NCBI GenBank assembly: GCA_010909165.1
Contig: MU008168.1
Coordinates: 62,001-126,000, forward strand
Direction: 5' to 3'
DNA from: Anthoceros angustus
Taxonomy: Eukaryota > Plantae > Anthocerotophyta
Length of the DNA: 64,000 nucleotides
Shown piece by piece: positions 49,101 through 60,731 of the stretch; the stretch's first letter is position 1, and the number at the start of each line of letters is the position of its first letter. The position numbers were made by a program, and so were the translations under genes. The notes under the pieces were generated by a model. It did not search any database. It saw only the letters and a program-made list of their open reading frames with translations, and was not told the origin of the DNA.

Positions 49101-50085
49101 AGCGCAATACGACAAGCATCCAGACAAAAAGCAACCGCACTGGGAAGAATCCTCTGCAGACTGCTTTCAAAGCAAACTTACTCACTCTCAAGCCTGTACA
49201 CAAGACTCCACACAGTCTAGTGCCTTACCAATTCCGCAGAAGCTTGCTGCGCTCTGCCGCTGTCCTTTGGCTCCAATCTACACGCAAACAGTCAACAACA
49301 TAAATAAGCATTGCGAAACCCACGAACTTCACCAGAATCTACAACCAGGCATACGGACCATGCAGAGCACCATGAGCTGCATCGATAGCAGCATCCGTCT
49401 CCTGCCTACCCATGTAAGGCACGTCCACAATGTGCTCCCCTGTCGCCGGGTTATGCACCTGCAAGAGCACCAAACCGGGCCACAGTCCAGTCCAGGCCAA
49501 GAACTTAAACACCGGACTGCACCCAGCTAGATGAATTCCCCGCAAGCAAATCAACAGTCGTTACCGCCAAACTCCGACCATCGCCAGCGCCGACCCACTT
49601 CCCTCCAATCAACCCCTGCGACCGCAACAGCTTCAGTTGCAGCAACTGCCTGACAACATCCTCCGTCCGGGACCCCGAACTCGACCCCATCTGCGCGCCA
49701 GCAGCAACCTCGTCAGCCCCTCGTGCCCGTCCACACACTCACAATTCCAATCCCGATTCCAACTCCCCAACTCCAGCTCCGCCCACCCCCAGCTCCAAAA
49801 TCTGCAATCCCCGCACAACACCCCAGTTCTCCTCTCCCAACCACATCAAACGCAAGAACCCACTAACACCTCCCCCGAATTCCGTACACCCACAACCACC
49901 CACCGTCCGCAGCCCACAGGCGTTGGCGATCCGGCAAGGCGCTCCACGAGACGCGACCCACGCACACGACTCAGACAAGAGCAGCCCGATGGCACTTCCA
50001 CCTCTCCGCAACTGCCATCTGCAGAGTTGCATCTTTCGAACAATGCAGCAACGTCGCAGCCGCGTCACTCCCGTGCCACTTCCAT
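46114..50085 (-). CDS. SSADH: Succinate-semialdehyde dehydrogenase (ALDH5 family), many short exons
   Basis: [99 protein letters not shown]. The start at 50085 needs a 1-nt correction in a G run. Confidence 0.93.
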
Positions 50086-50467
50086 TTTCGTCTCCTTAAT
50101 AAACCCGCACCAAAATCAGACAAACGAAAAGGAAACGAAATCGAGGGCGGCGAATGGGCAAGTGACACCGAGCTTCGCCTCCGACCGCAGCACTGGCAGC
50201 CGCTTTCCGCCTGCATCGTTGCCCGCCAGGGGCTTTCAACAGCGGCCTCCCCTGGCGCGCTCGGCTGCCATCGCGGGCCCGCTGGCCCGTTCCCCGTGCC
50301 GGTGCCGTGCCCTTCTGCCCTCGCTTCCGGATCCTCCATCTTCCTGTCGGTTCGTCCTCCATCGCTCCAGTGTCGTCGCCCGCGTTGCAAAAAAATGACG
50401 CGTTAGGGTTTGCAGAATCGGATCGATTGATTCATTCTTTCCGGGTCGTGAAGGATAGTTCCGGGAC

Positions 50468-52169
50468 ATGGCCTTGGAGCAGGGCGGGGAAGGCGAGCAG
50501 GAGCCGGGTGTGGCGGACGATGCATGGAACGACTCCTGCAGCAGCTCTGGCGTGGCTCCTCTCCCAGCCGTGCTGAGATCGGGGGAAGGTTCTGGGAAGG
50601 GGGCCCCGGCGGCGGGGGATGGCGGCTTGGAGCGGGGGAGCGTGTTCACGGAGATGCCGGCGGCACTGGTGCTCGAGATATTCTCGCACCTTGACGCGCG
50701 GGAGCTGTGCGTAGTGTCGTGCGTCTGCCCGCTCTTCAGGCGACTGGCGTCGGACAGCCACGGGTGGAAGGACTTCTACTGCGAGCGATGGGGGCTGCCA
50801 GCGGCGGCGGTCGGGGCTGGGGAGAGGGAGAAGTCGTGGCGGGATCTGTACGTGGACCGGGAATGGAGGTCGAAGGCGCTCACCGGGAGGTTCCGGATGG
50901 ACATGTTGCACGGGCACACGGCGCCGGTGCGGTGCGTGCGGATGCTGGCGCCAGCGAACCTGATTGTCACGGCGGGGTATGATTCCGTGGTGCGGTTCTG
51001 GAACATGGAGGAGGGCTGCAGTGCGCGTGCTCGCGGGCCATGGGGAGCCGCTGCGGGCCATCGCGCTGGACATGGGGATGCTGGCGGTGGCGGGGAGCGA
51101 CGGGCTGATTAGGGTTTGGCATGCGAGGGCCGGGTGCAAGCACTTGTTTGATGTGGCGGGGAGGCGGATGCCGCGCTGCGGGGCACAGGGCCGGTGAGTT
51201 GCCTGGGGATGGACGCCAGGAATTTGTACAGCGGGTCGTGGGATATGACGGTGAGGGTTTGGGACAGGGGAGCTTCAAGTGCGTGATGAGCCTGCAGCAT
51301 GTGGACTGGGTGTGGGCGCTGGTGGCAAGGGGCAAGGTTGCTGAGCAGCGCGGGGGCGATGCGTACACCTGGGATCTGGAGACGGGGAGTTGCTGAGAGT
51401 GCGGGTGGGTGTGCATACGGGGCAGGTGTATGCCGTGGAGGCGAGCCAGTCCGGGCATTTTCTTTTCACGGGCGGGGAGGATGGGGCCGTGCGGATGTTT
51501 GACGACCGGGTGCCTTGGAGAAGGCCCAAGAAGGGGGGGGATTTCGTGTGCCAGTGGGCAGGGTCGCAGGGCGCGGTTGCGGCGTGGATCCCGCACGGGA
51601 CTGCGGTTTACGCGCTGGCGTACGAGGATCCCTGGCTGGTGTCGGCGTCCGAGGACGGGCAGCTGGCCATGATGAACGTCACGCAGGTGATCAAGCGGGC
51701 CTCTGCGGGCGGGAGGTGGCACCGCGCTCCTGCGCAGGCGGTGTTTTGCCGAGGGATGACCGCGCAGCGGATGCTCGGGGGGTTTCACCGGAGCGTATAT
51801 TCTGTTGACATCGGGGCGGATCGGGTTGTCGGTGGCGGGGAGGAGCCCGTAGTTCGGATTTGGGATTTCACCCAGGCTCTGGAAACTGAGAGGCGGGTGC
51901 AAGCGTCTCGGAGTAGGAGGCTGGATAATCGAGCGCGGCGGAAGAAGAAGGGTGCAGGGGAGGAGAAGGCTATGTGGGCGGGGGCAACCAGCACCACAGC
52001 CTGGACGAACAGGCCAGAGCCCTCCGAAGAAGAGGTTCACATCCCGGCCTTAGAGTGGTCTCCGCTTTTGCAAGCTGGGAGTAGTTGCAAAGGCCCTATG
52101 CTGGAGATGGGGCGTGCCGTTGCTGATGCTAGCAAAGCCAACTCTCCTGGTTGCTTGCATCCGGCTTGA
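50468..52169 (+). CDS. F-box/WD40-repeat protein (SEL-10/FBXW7-like), intronless, with apparent frameshifts
   Basis: F-box MPAALVLEIFSHLDARELCVVSCVCPLFR; WD40 units GHTAPVRCV..AGYDSVVRFWN, GSWDMTVRVWD, HTGQVYAV..TGGEDGAVRMFD. Frame switches at ~51015-51390, mainly in G runs. Confidence 0.85.
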
Positions 52170-53014
52170 TATTTTCGGCTGGCTTCTGTCAATTATGTAG
52201 GCTATTCTTTTCAGACTTTTCGTCTGCGCTTTCCCTCTGGGGCCGATGTAACATCATTCCACTTGAAATGGACTACGTGGGTCTCGGTTTTTCTCTACCA
52301 CTCCTGTCTAATGGTACAACTGTATGGCGCACAAGAGTCGGTTGATAGAGGTATAAGCTTGGGGCAGCATTGCCTGGTCGCGGAAGGCTGAGTTTCGGGG
52401 AACAGACTTTCCCCGTTTATCAACTGCCAGAACTGGTCTTACTATTGTCTATGGGTACACATTGCCACCCTCTCGAACAGAGCAGAGAACCCCTGACCAG
52501 GTGGGATACCGCGAGACAAGAAACCGCGCGCAGTGTACAAGGTATATAGAAGGGCGGCCAAGGGCCTGGGAACAAAATTGGTTGCTACAAGCTCAGGGCA
52601 GAAGCGCCAGGTCGCGAGAGGCCGTGACTTAGTGAAAACAGCCTTTCCCAGCCTGTAACATCAGCGCAGGAGCAGCCCTACGACTAGATAACCCCCCATG
52701 TGTCTAAAGCCGCCCATCAAGAATTCCGAACAGCTTTACGATCTCTGTCTTCTCTGAAGACACCTACAATGAAATGACAGAGATCTGCTGAGCGCAACCC
52801 ATACCACACAAACCTAAGATGCTGAGTGTATGGACAAAGTTGCCACTGAACTATAATGCCTGCACCAGGCAGAAAGCTCAACCACCTTGATGTACTGTTA
52901 AATAAGCTCAACTACCTTAATTAAGACTGTTGAATAAAGGATCTAACCCCCTGTTGTGGTAGCCTTCATGCACTGAGGAACAAATCCGTTTCAGTAAACT
53001 GTAAGGCTACTGAT

Positions 53015-54880
53015 TCAACTGTCATCGTCCTCGTCATCCTCATCGGCATCCTCCTCGTCATCCTCATCATCAAAACCACCATCCCCTCCCTTTCCCTGCT
53101 TTAGAACAAGCAGCAGCAGCAAGTACCCACTCAAGATCCGAGTATGAAAAGCCACAATACTATCAAACACGTCCACTCTTTCTACCGGGCGTTAAAAACT
53201 CACCACGCCATCTTCATCCTCATCTTCAACCTCCTCATCCTCATACTCTTCATCGGCTTCCTGCCATCCATGAAACCAGGACTAACAATAAGAAAAACAG
53301 ACCTTCAAATCCACGAAGAGACCCAACTGAAAAAGGAGCAAAACGGGAACGGACATTACATTATTGAAGTACTTGAGAGGATTGGGCCACAGATCTTCTT
53401 TGATAATATCTGCAACCTGGAGGAAACCAGGTTCACATTGTTCAAATTTCCGCAAACAGATTGTCTTAACAATTCAGGGCAAGCAAATTCTGTACACGCA
53501 AATCCTACTCCTATTTCTTCAGGGAAGAATTACCTCATCTGAGATACCATCTACTTGATCTTTCAACTGTACATCCTTAAACCACTTGAAGAAGCTGCAA
53601 GACAACAACGACGGCCAACCTAACTTTTGAACAAGTGCCCAAACCAACACAGCGAGTTTAGCGCAAACAACCATATGCAGCTGTAGCCAAACCTGTCCTG
53701 AGCCATAAATGACCTTTTGTTTCCCTCTTTTTCATGCAAAACGCCATTAGTCAGATCCTGCACGTCTCCACAAGGCAAGGATACTTGGTGAGCCAAAGAC
53801 GTCTTCCCCATTAGCCATGAACTTCAACGAAACTTCTATGGTCTAACGGTTTCTGCCAAAGACATACCATGCCATCTTTCCACCGAGGTTGAGTACCATT
53901 GACAGAGATGGTCCCTTCATCCGAGAAGCGAAACACCTTGGTCAACTTCGAATCCTCGAAGTAAGGATTTTGTTTAAACGTCTACAGAACAGAAACTCAC
54001 ATTTGACACCTGGCTCCAGGAAAGTTCAAGCCAAACAGCACCCACAGCTAGACCTAATCAGCCAATACTTTTCAGAAAACTCACAAACGTGATGCTGTAT
54101 CCTGACTTTACGTCTTTGAAGTCCTCCACATCCAAAGACCTTAAGTATTTAAAGACCTGCATTCCACGCAGAAACCCTGGCGATGAGCATCCACGAAACG
54201 CCCGTACGTCGCCTCTACATTCCAAGACACCATCATCAAGCGCCGCCTACCTTTTGGTCATCCTCGGTAAGGAGCTCGCACAGCATCGGATGGCTCAGGA
54301 ACTGCACCCCAGAACCACGCCAATCAGCAGGCATCCAACGCACCACGACAAACAGCAAACGAAAGCGGCGCCGACACGATTCAAAAACCACAGTCCCCGA
54401 TCACGCCAGTCCAACAAGAAGCAGGAACCGGATTACGACGTACAGCCGTGAGCCAGAAGTCGGGAATATTCTGAATAATTTCATTCCGCTTGTTATACAC
54501 GGGGCGCCTAATTTCGTTATACTTCTGCTCCACCTCCAACACTTTGTCGCTAGCCTCCTCATTAACCTGCACACCGGCCGCCAGGCCCCGAGGGCGTGAG
54601 AAACCAAACCCGCATCCCCAGCCGGCACCAGCACCGGCCTCGCATCCAATTCAAAAACGGCGCCTTCCCACAGCCGCCACGCAAAGAACAAGAAACAAAG
54701 CACTCAGGCACAAAGACAAGGCTTTCTGAACAAGCGCGATTTAGTCCGGGACCAAGAATTCACCTTCTCCAATTCGTCCTGCACTTCTTGAAGCTTCTCG
54801 ATGTTCATCACCAGCTCGGCGTCGAGGGCCTCGGAGCCCTCGTCCTCGTCCACCTTGGCGCGCTTGCCCTTGTCCGCCAT
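53015..54880 (-). CDS. NRP: NAP1-related protein (SET/TAF-I-like histone chaperone), multi-exon
   Basis: [13 protein letters not shown]|[41 protein letters not shown]|[31 protein letters not shown], acidic tail. Confidence 0.95.
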
Positions 54881-55760
54881 GGCGGCAGGCGCGGCGGCCG
54901 CGCCCAGGGCAGAGCTGCGGCGCGCAGCCTGGCCTGAGGTCCCGTGCGGCGGCCCCGCCCGGCCTCCCGGCCCCCGCCAAAGACACTACACGCCCTCGGC
55001 CCGGCCCCGGCAGCGGCGTCTCTCGGCGTCTCCCTCGCCTCTTGCCTGCGCAGCAAGGAGGATCTTGGATAGCATGGCGGAGACGCGATAGCACAGTAAG
55101 GACACGCCGCGCCTCAAGCAACCACACCAGGGCTTCCCAGCGCTCCGCAAGGCAGATAGACTTTTACGCCGCACTCGGCAAGGAAGAAGGCCCCCGCCTC
55201 TCCCCGCCTGTCCACGCCCCCGAAAGGGATTTGGTAACTTGGTTTCCCGCTGCCCCACCGCCGCCAACCGGTCACCCGCGCCCGGGCTCCCAGTAAACGG
55301 CTTCCTTCACACAGTTGGTTTCCCTGTCCTCGTCCGCCGCAATCCAATCCCTAACACTTCCCATTACATAATAATATTCTTCTATCCTCCTTCATTGAGT
55401 GTTTTAGTCAATTTGGCGCTCCATAGATCTTTCAAAGTATACGTCCAAGTCCCTGGATTTGATCTTGGAGGAACCTTACAAGGCATCAACACAAATGCGT
55501 AGGACCATGAAGCAGGGATTGACCACACCCCATCAGAGCATTGATCTGTCCTTTGGATACTTAACTCAGTTATACATACTTAATCATAGTATATATTATA
55601 CATATTTTATAATTTTTTAAGAAAATTAGTTGAACATAAAGACTCATAGTATGATAGATACCCCAAACTCAAAAACTATGTACATGCAATACATGATAAT
55701 GAATGGGATATTTACATTCCATATAATTTAGAGGATCTTCAAGGACCTTACATTGGAGAG

Positions 55761-55870
55761 CATATATAGGTGGCACCAAAGGCCTTCAAAACACCAAGAC
55801 AGCAAAATTATATATCATATATAGGTGGCACCAAAGGCCTTCAAAACACCAAGACAGCAAAATCATATAT
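55761..55870 (+). repeat. 55-bp tandem duplication in AT-rich, probably TE-derived DNA
   Basis: CATATATAGGTGGCACCAAAGGCCTTCAAAACACCAAGACAGCAAAATYATATAT x2. Confidence 0.9.
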
Positions 55871-56899
55871 CAAGCAATCCTGAAGGGCTTCAGAATAGAG
55901 GTAAGCCACCAAGGGCCAAAGCAGCCAACGGTGGGAGGTAGGCAAGCGACCAAGGGCTAGAGTAGTTAAGGTAAAGAGTAGAGTAGCCAAGTGGAGAGTG
56001 AAGGACGAAGGATTTACGTGAAGTTCAATTTAGAACCCCATGAGTTCATGATGGACAGGATATTGGAAAGTAACCCACACAGTCAACCAAATCAATATCA
56101 CCAATTAATGACAATATCTTATTGGTTGACATACTTTTATAATTGGGTGGGATCTCCAGCTCATTGTCCACCGGAGGCAAACCATACCTAATTGGTTGAC
56201 ATAATTTTATAATTGGTTGGCATTTCTTTCATTTTTTTTAATCTACACCATAGCTATCAGTTGTTTGTGTCCTCCACGGTTACTCGATATCAAAATCCCA
56301 GTGAGGGACTTAAATTTAGACTTTGAATTATCTATGAAGTTTTCAAATTCACGAAAAGGAATTAGGTGTTAAAATAGTTGACTCATAAAATATTATTGTA
56401 CAATAATTCATGTGCCTTGTAGCAATAATTAATTTCCTTTGTGCCGTTTAATTTCATACTCTGAAATATCTGTAAAGTCTTCGAATTCACTAATTAGGTA
56501 TTATAACAGTTGACTTATAAAATCTTATTGTAAAATAATTAATATTCTTTATAACAATCATTAGTTTCCTTTCTACTAATATTTACAAAATAGTTCTTGA
56601 ACACATATGAGGACCAAATCTTATAAGACATGATTTGAGGGCATTCATCATGGAGGGATGCGATATTTTCCTTCAACAAGCTAAACTTTTAAATATTCAC
56701 GTCCACATTAAGACATTTGATGTTTGACTAGATATTAAAGAATTGCGGGTTTCAAGTTTTGCATACCACAAATTTAGAATGATTTTTAATTATTTTATAT
56801 ATAATTAAAACCTAGTTCACCTTCTTTCTATAAGTTTGTTTAGGAGCTTGTATAGTTTGGTGGTTAATATTGATATCTGGTAGTGTGGTACAAAACAAT

Positions 56900-59800
56900 A
56901 CGGCGTGACGGAGGAGCGGCCATGACGGCTGCCGCGTCGGAGCCCGTGTTCTTGTCCGCCGGGGCGCGGCGGGACCGGATTCAGGTCACAGCGAAGCACA
57001 GGCTTTAGAGCGGTGGGCTTCATGCGGTTTTCTCGCCTCGGGTTAACGTTTCGGAGCCGGAAGCAGATTTGGAGTAATGTTTAGGGTTCAGAGCGGGAGC
57101 GGTTTCCTTTTTGGGGTTTTTTTTATATTTCTTTTTTCGCCATGAGGCTCCTTTCTTCCGCGTCCGTCAAGGACATTCCTTGTCCCGTGTGCCGGGAGGT
57201 TGTTTCTCGTCTCCACTGCTTCTGAGCGGGGGGTGGCTCTACAGGAGGACGGCAGATGTGTAGCGAGGTTTAGGTTGGACTCCGCTAAGGTGAGTCAGGA
57301 GCCCTTTTTTCTCGACAGAATAGTCTTCTGCTAGGCTCTTACCATTGCCCCGTGTGTTTCTTTGGGAGGTCTGTCAGGAACTGTTTATGACCGCCTCAGG
57401 GACTACTTCACTCTCGAGGATCCCTCTAAAGGGTTTTTCGGAGCTGTTTATTCTAGCAGCTGCTGTGGCGAGGGGGGGAGGAAGGGGCGAGGGGACACTT
57501 CTACGAATTGCTCAGGTTTTGCGTGCCAGCTGGTTACTGGATATGGAGAAGCCTATCTAAGTGCTGCACCCTATCGCTGTGGGCGCGGCGTTCTTGCGGC
57601 TTATTAGTCTGTGAGGCATTACCAGATCTAGCTTTGGGAATAGTTCATGACTTGAGTATCTTAGTCCCTATTATTTTGGGATTTCAGGGGGCTACGAGTC
57701 GGTGACCTTTGGAGTTGAAGCGGTTTTTGAGTCCCATTTAGATTGGGTTGCTCTGCAAGTTGACGTTGAGAATGCCTTCAACATTGTCTTCAGGGCGGCC
57801 ATCTTCGATGAGTTTAAGGATGCAGGTGGGCAGCTGGCAAGTCTAATCCTAGGACAAGGGAAACCCATAGAATGAGCCGACAAAAGGGCCCTTTTGTCCG
57901 TTCATTCTATGGGTCTTCCTCCAACCTCTATTATATATATGAGCATGGGCCTTCGATGGATGAGGTTCTACTTGGTGACGGGCACAAGGTAGGGGGACTC
58001 TATGGAGCATGCCCTCTTCTCTATGGCGCACTTCAGGGCTCTGTCTTTAATTGCCTCTTCGGCTTGGGATTGTCTGTATTATCCGTAAGTGGCGGACGAC
58101 ATCCATATCTTTACGCTAGGTGGCAAGGTCAAGGAAGCTTTTAAATTCTTCTCCTTGGAGCTCTCTTGCCTTGGCCTTATAGTAAAGATCTTGAAGTGCA
58201 AGGTTTAGTCCCCTGTAGGTGTTTTACCCTTTCTTCATTATCCAGAAGGGGGTATTGCTTCTCCGTAGGACTTCACCTTTTCAGGCGTATCTGTGGAGCC
58301 CCCACCCTTCATACAAGATTAAGTGGATGCGGCTTTGAAGGAGGACTTGGTGCATATTGGCAATCTTTCTCAAATTAGGGGACCCGCAGGTAGCACTTGG
58401 TATCTTTCTAATTCATGCTTCACATGTCACCCGAGATACCTTCTCCGAACGATACCTCCCTCTCTAGCTTTTTTGTCTAGTCTGAGGGGCTTTGACAAGT
58501 AGGTTATGCAGGCCCTGGGTAACATCATTGTCTTGGGTACCTCTGAGTGCGCCATCAGGATCTGGCGAGGCTGCAAACATCCCTACCTGTCGCATTCGGG
58601 GGCATTGGTTTGCTGGCTTTCGAAGGCCTTGGAGCCGGTGGTCTTTTTAAGGAGTTAGGTTGTCTCTGCGCCCATCTTGACTTCCTGTTTCTTAATCCGG
58701 GATCTTGGAAGCCTTCGTCTCAGGCATTGAGGTGGAAGCTTTTCCCTTGCAAGTGTCCTTAAGGTCGAGTACGAAATCTTTATCCTCCTAGGTTAGGGCA
58801 GTCATGCTTCATTTTTCCTCATTCCTCGAGGTTGGGCTGCATGGGCTTCAAGTATCCCTCTTGGAGAAGCAATATGAGCAGGCGCAGCTGGTCCTTCTCC
58901 GATAATCTTCCATTCCCTAACCTACTAAGGCTTGCCTCCACTGTTGCTATGGGAAGGGACCAAGTTCCTAGCTTCTGGCCCAACCTTGCATGCAGGCTTT
59001 CCGAATCGCAACAGCCTCTTGTTCCACCACGATGAGGTTCCGCCTGGCTTGGTCCAACCTATGCCATGCGCTCTCTTGACTTGCAGCTGTGTGGCCCCCC
59101 TCGATGACTTTGGGACCCACCTAACTCGCTATTTTGCTGGCGAGCAGGGCATTGCTACGCATGATGCCGTCCGCCAAGTTATGTTCTCTATGTCTAAGGA
59201 TAGCGGGTTCTTTCCAGATACTTTGCTCAACGGCGTTTTTCTCAAGGTTGATAAGTTTTTGACCTGGTGGAACCATGTTTGTGTTGTAGATGTGGTTGTA
59301 ATTGACCTTGCGGGGCATTGCTACGCATGATGCCGTCCGCCAAGTTATGTTCTCTATGTCTAAGGATAGCGGGTTCTTTCCAGATACTTTGCTCAACGGC
59401 GTTTTTCTCAAGGTTGATAAGTTTTTGACCTGGTGGAACCATGTTTGTGTTGTAGATGTGGTTGTAATTGACCTTGCCCGAGACGCCGTCTGCGACCATG
59501 ATGTTATCATCAACTGTCCGTGTTGGGGGGCGGAAGGATGTGCGACAGTGAAGATTGACAAGTACTTTGCCATGTAGAAAGGCCACGCCTTCATCCTCCT
59601 TGCCATCGTTTATGAGACTCACGGGGCCATGAAAGGATTTCTTCAGGTTTATCGAAGCTCGTGCTGAGGCTTATCACAGCTGCAAGAATGGGGTTTGTCT
59701 TCCCTTTTCCTATATTGTGGCTGTCTTTAGACAACGGGCATCCATCGTCCTGCAGAGGGCATTGCCCAAAGTAGCGTCGAGGATGGCATCAAGCGCAGTG

Positions 59801-60060
59801 GATGCGGCATCTTCGGCACCAGTTGCAGGTAGGCCCATTCATATCCCGGATCACGATGTTTTTGACTCAATAGGTAGTTTCAAGAGGTAGTTTCAAGATA
59901 GGCGATCGCGGGGGCTAGACCCCTCAATTGGCCCGGTGCCCTCGTGAGGTTTGTTCCCCTTTGTCTCGTGGTAGATGGGATCTTCCATCTCTTTTTCTTA
60001 TATAAAGTCTCTACGTTCCCATGTTAATATTAATGATAGTACTAATAATGATGATTTTTG
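56900..60060 (+). mobile_element. Degenerate non-LTR retrotransposon of the restriction-like-endonuclease type (CRE-like)
   Basis: Frameshifted RT motifs PIAVG, YFGISGGYESV, LQVDVENAFNIVFRAAI, PFVRSFYG, ADDIH, SLPVAFGGIGL. Then CSC..LDDFGTHL..THDAVR, VVDVVVI, KIDKY, YETHGA (Zn knuckle plus RLE). Degenerate TAA/TGA-rich tail at ~60025-60062. Confidence 0.8.
59147..59477 (+). repeat. Perfect tandem duplication (period 166 bp) inside the retroelement endonuclease region
   Basis: GGGCATTGCTACGCATGATGCC...GTAATTGACCTTGC starts at 59147 and at 59313. Confidence 0.9.
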
Positions 60061-60731
60061 ATGAATACAAAATTTTTAATTAAAAAAATCTATAAATATT
60101 AAACTTTATAAGTAAAGTTGCTTATATATACCTATATGGGTGGTGTGGTGAGGCGGTTTTCCCTGTCCGTGGAGTTGGTGGAGGTGTTGTGGTGTTTTTA
60201 TATTAGAGAGCGAAACTGGATAACGGGTGGGTGAGCAGACAGAACGGGCAACGGGAACGGGGTGGCCGAAAGTGATGAAGGTGGCAAGTCGTGTGGCGAT
60301 GCCAGCGGGGCAAGCGTGTCTCCTGCTCCTGCCTAGTCCCCCCGCGCTCCCGCTGTGGTTAGCTGCTGCCAGCCGATTCCCGATCGTGCCAGTGTTTGCC
60401 GCGCCTGCAACGCCTGGTGCTGTTGCGTCCTGTTGCTGCTGCTGTTGCGGCCACCAGGTGTCGTCCCCCTGCTTCGGTCTGCTGCTGGAGCCTGGGCTGC
60501 GGCCGGTGGCGAGCGAGGGTGCCTGCATGCCGGCGGCCCGCCATGGTGGTGAATGCGCGCCCCGCGTTGCAAGATCGGAGGCGCCCGGCTGCCCTGCGCC
60601 GCGGCGTCCGCGCCAAATGCTGCCTCGCTATGGCGAGCCTCCTGCCCTGACCCGCGCCGCTCCCGCTCGCCGCTGCTCCTCCTCATGCTGCTGATACCGG
60701 AGCGCGCCGTCGCCGTGCATCGAAGGATAGG

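Noticed and set aside
60106-60730. ORFs upstream of GAUT (140-179 aa)
   Set aside because: GC-rich low-complexity leader open in several frames, with non-ATG starts and no motifs.
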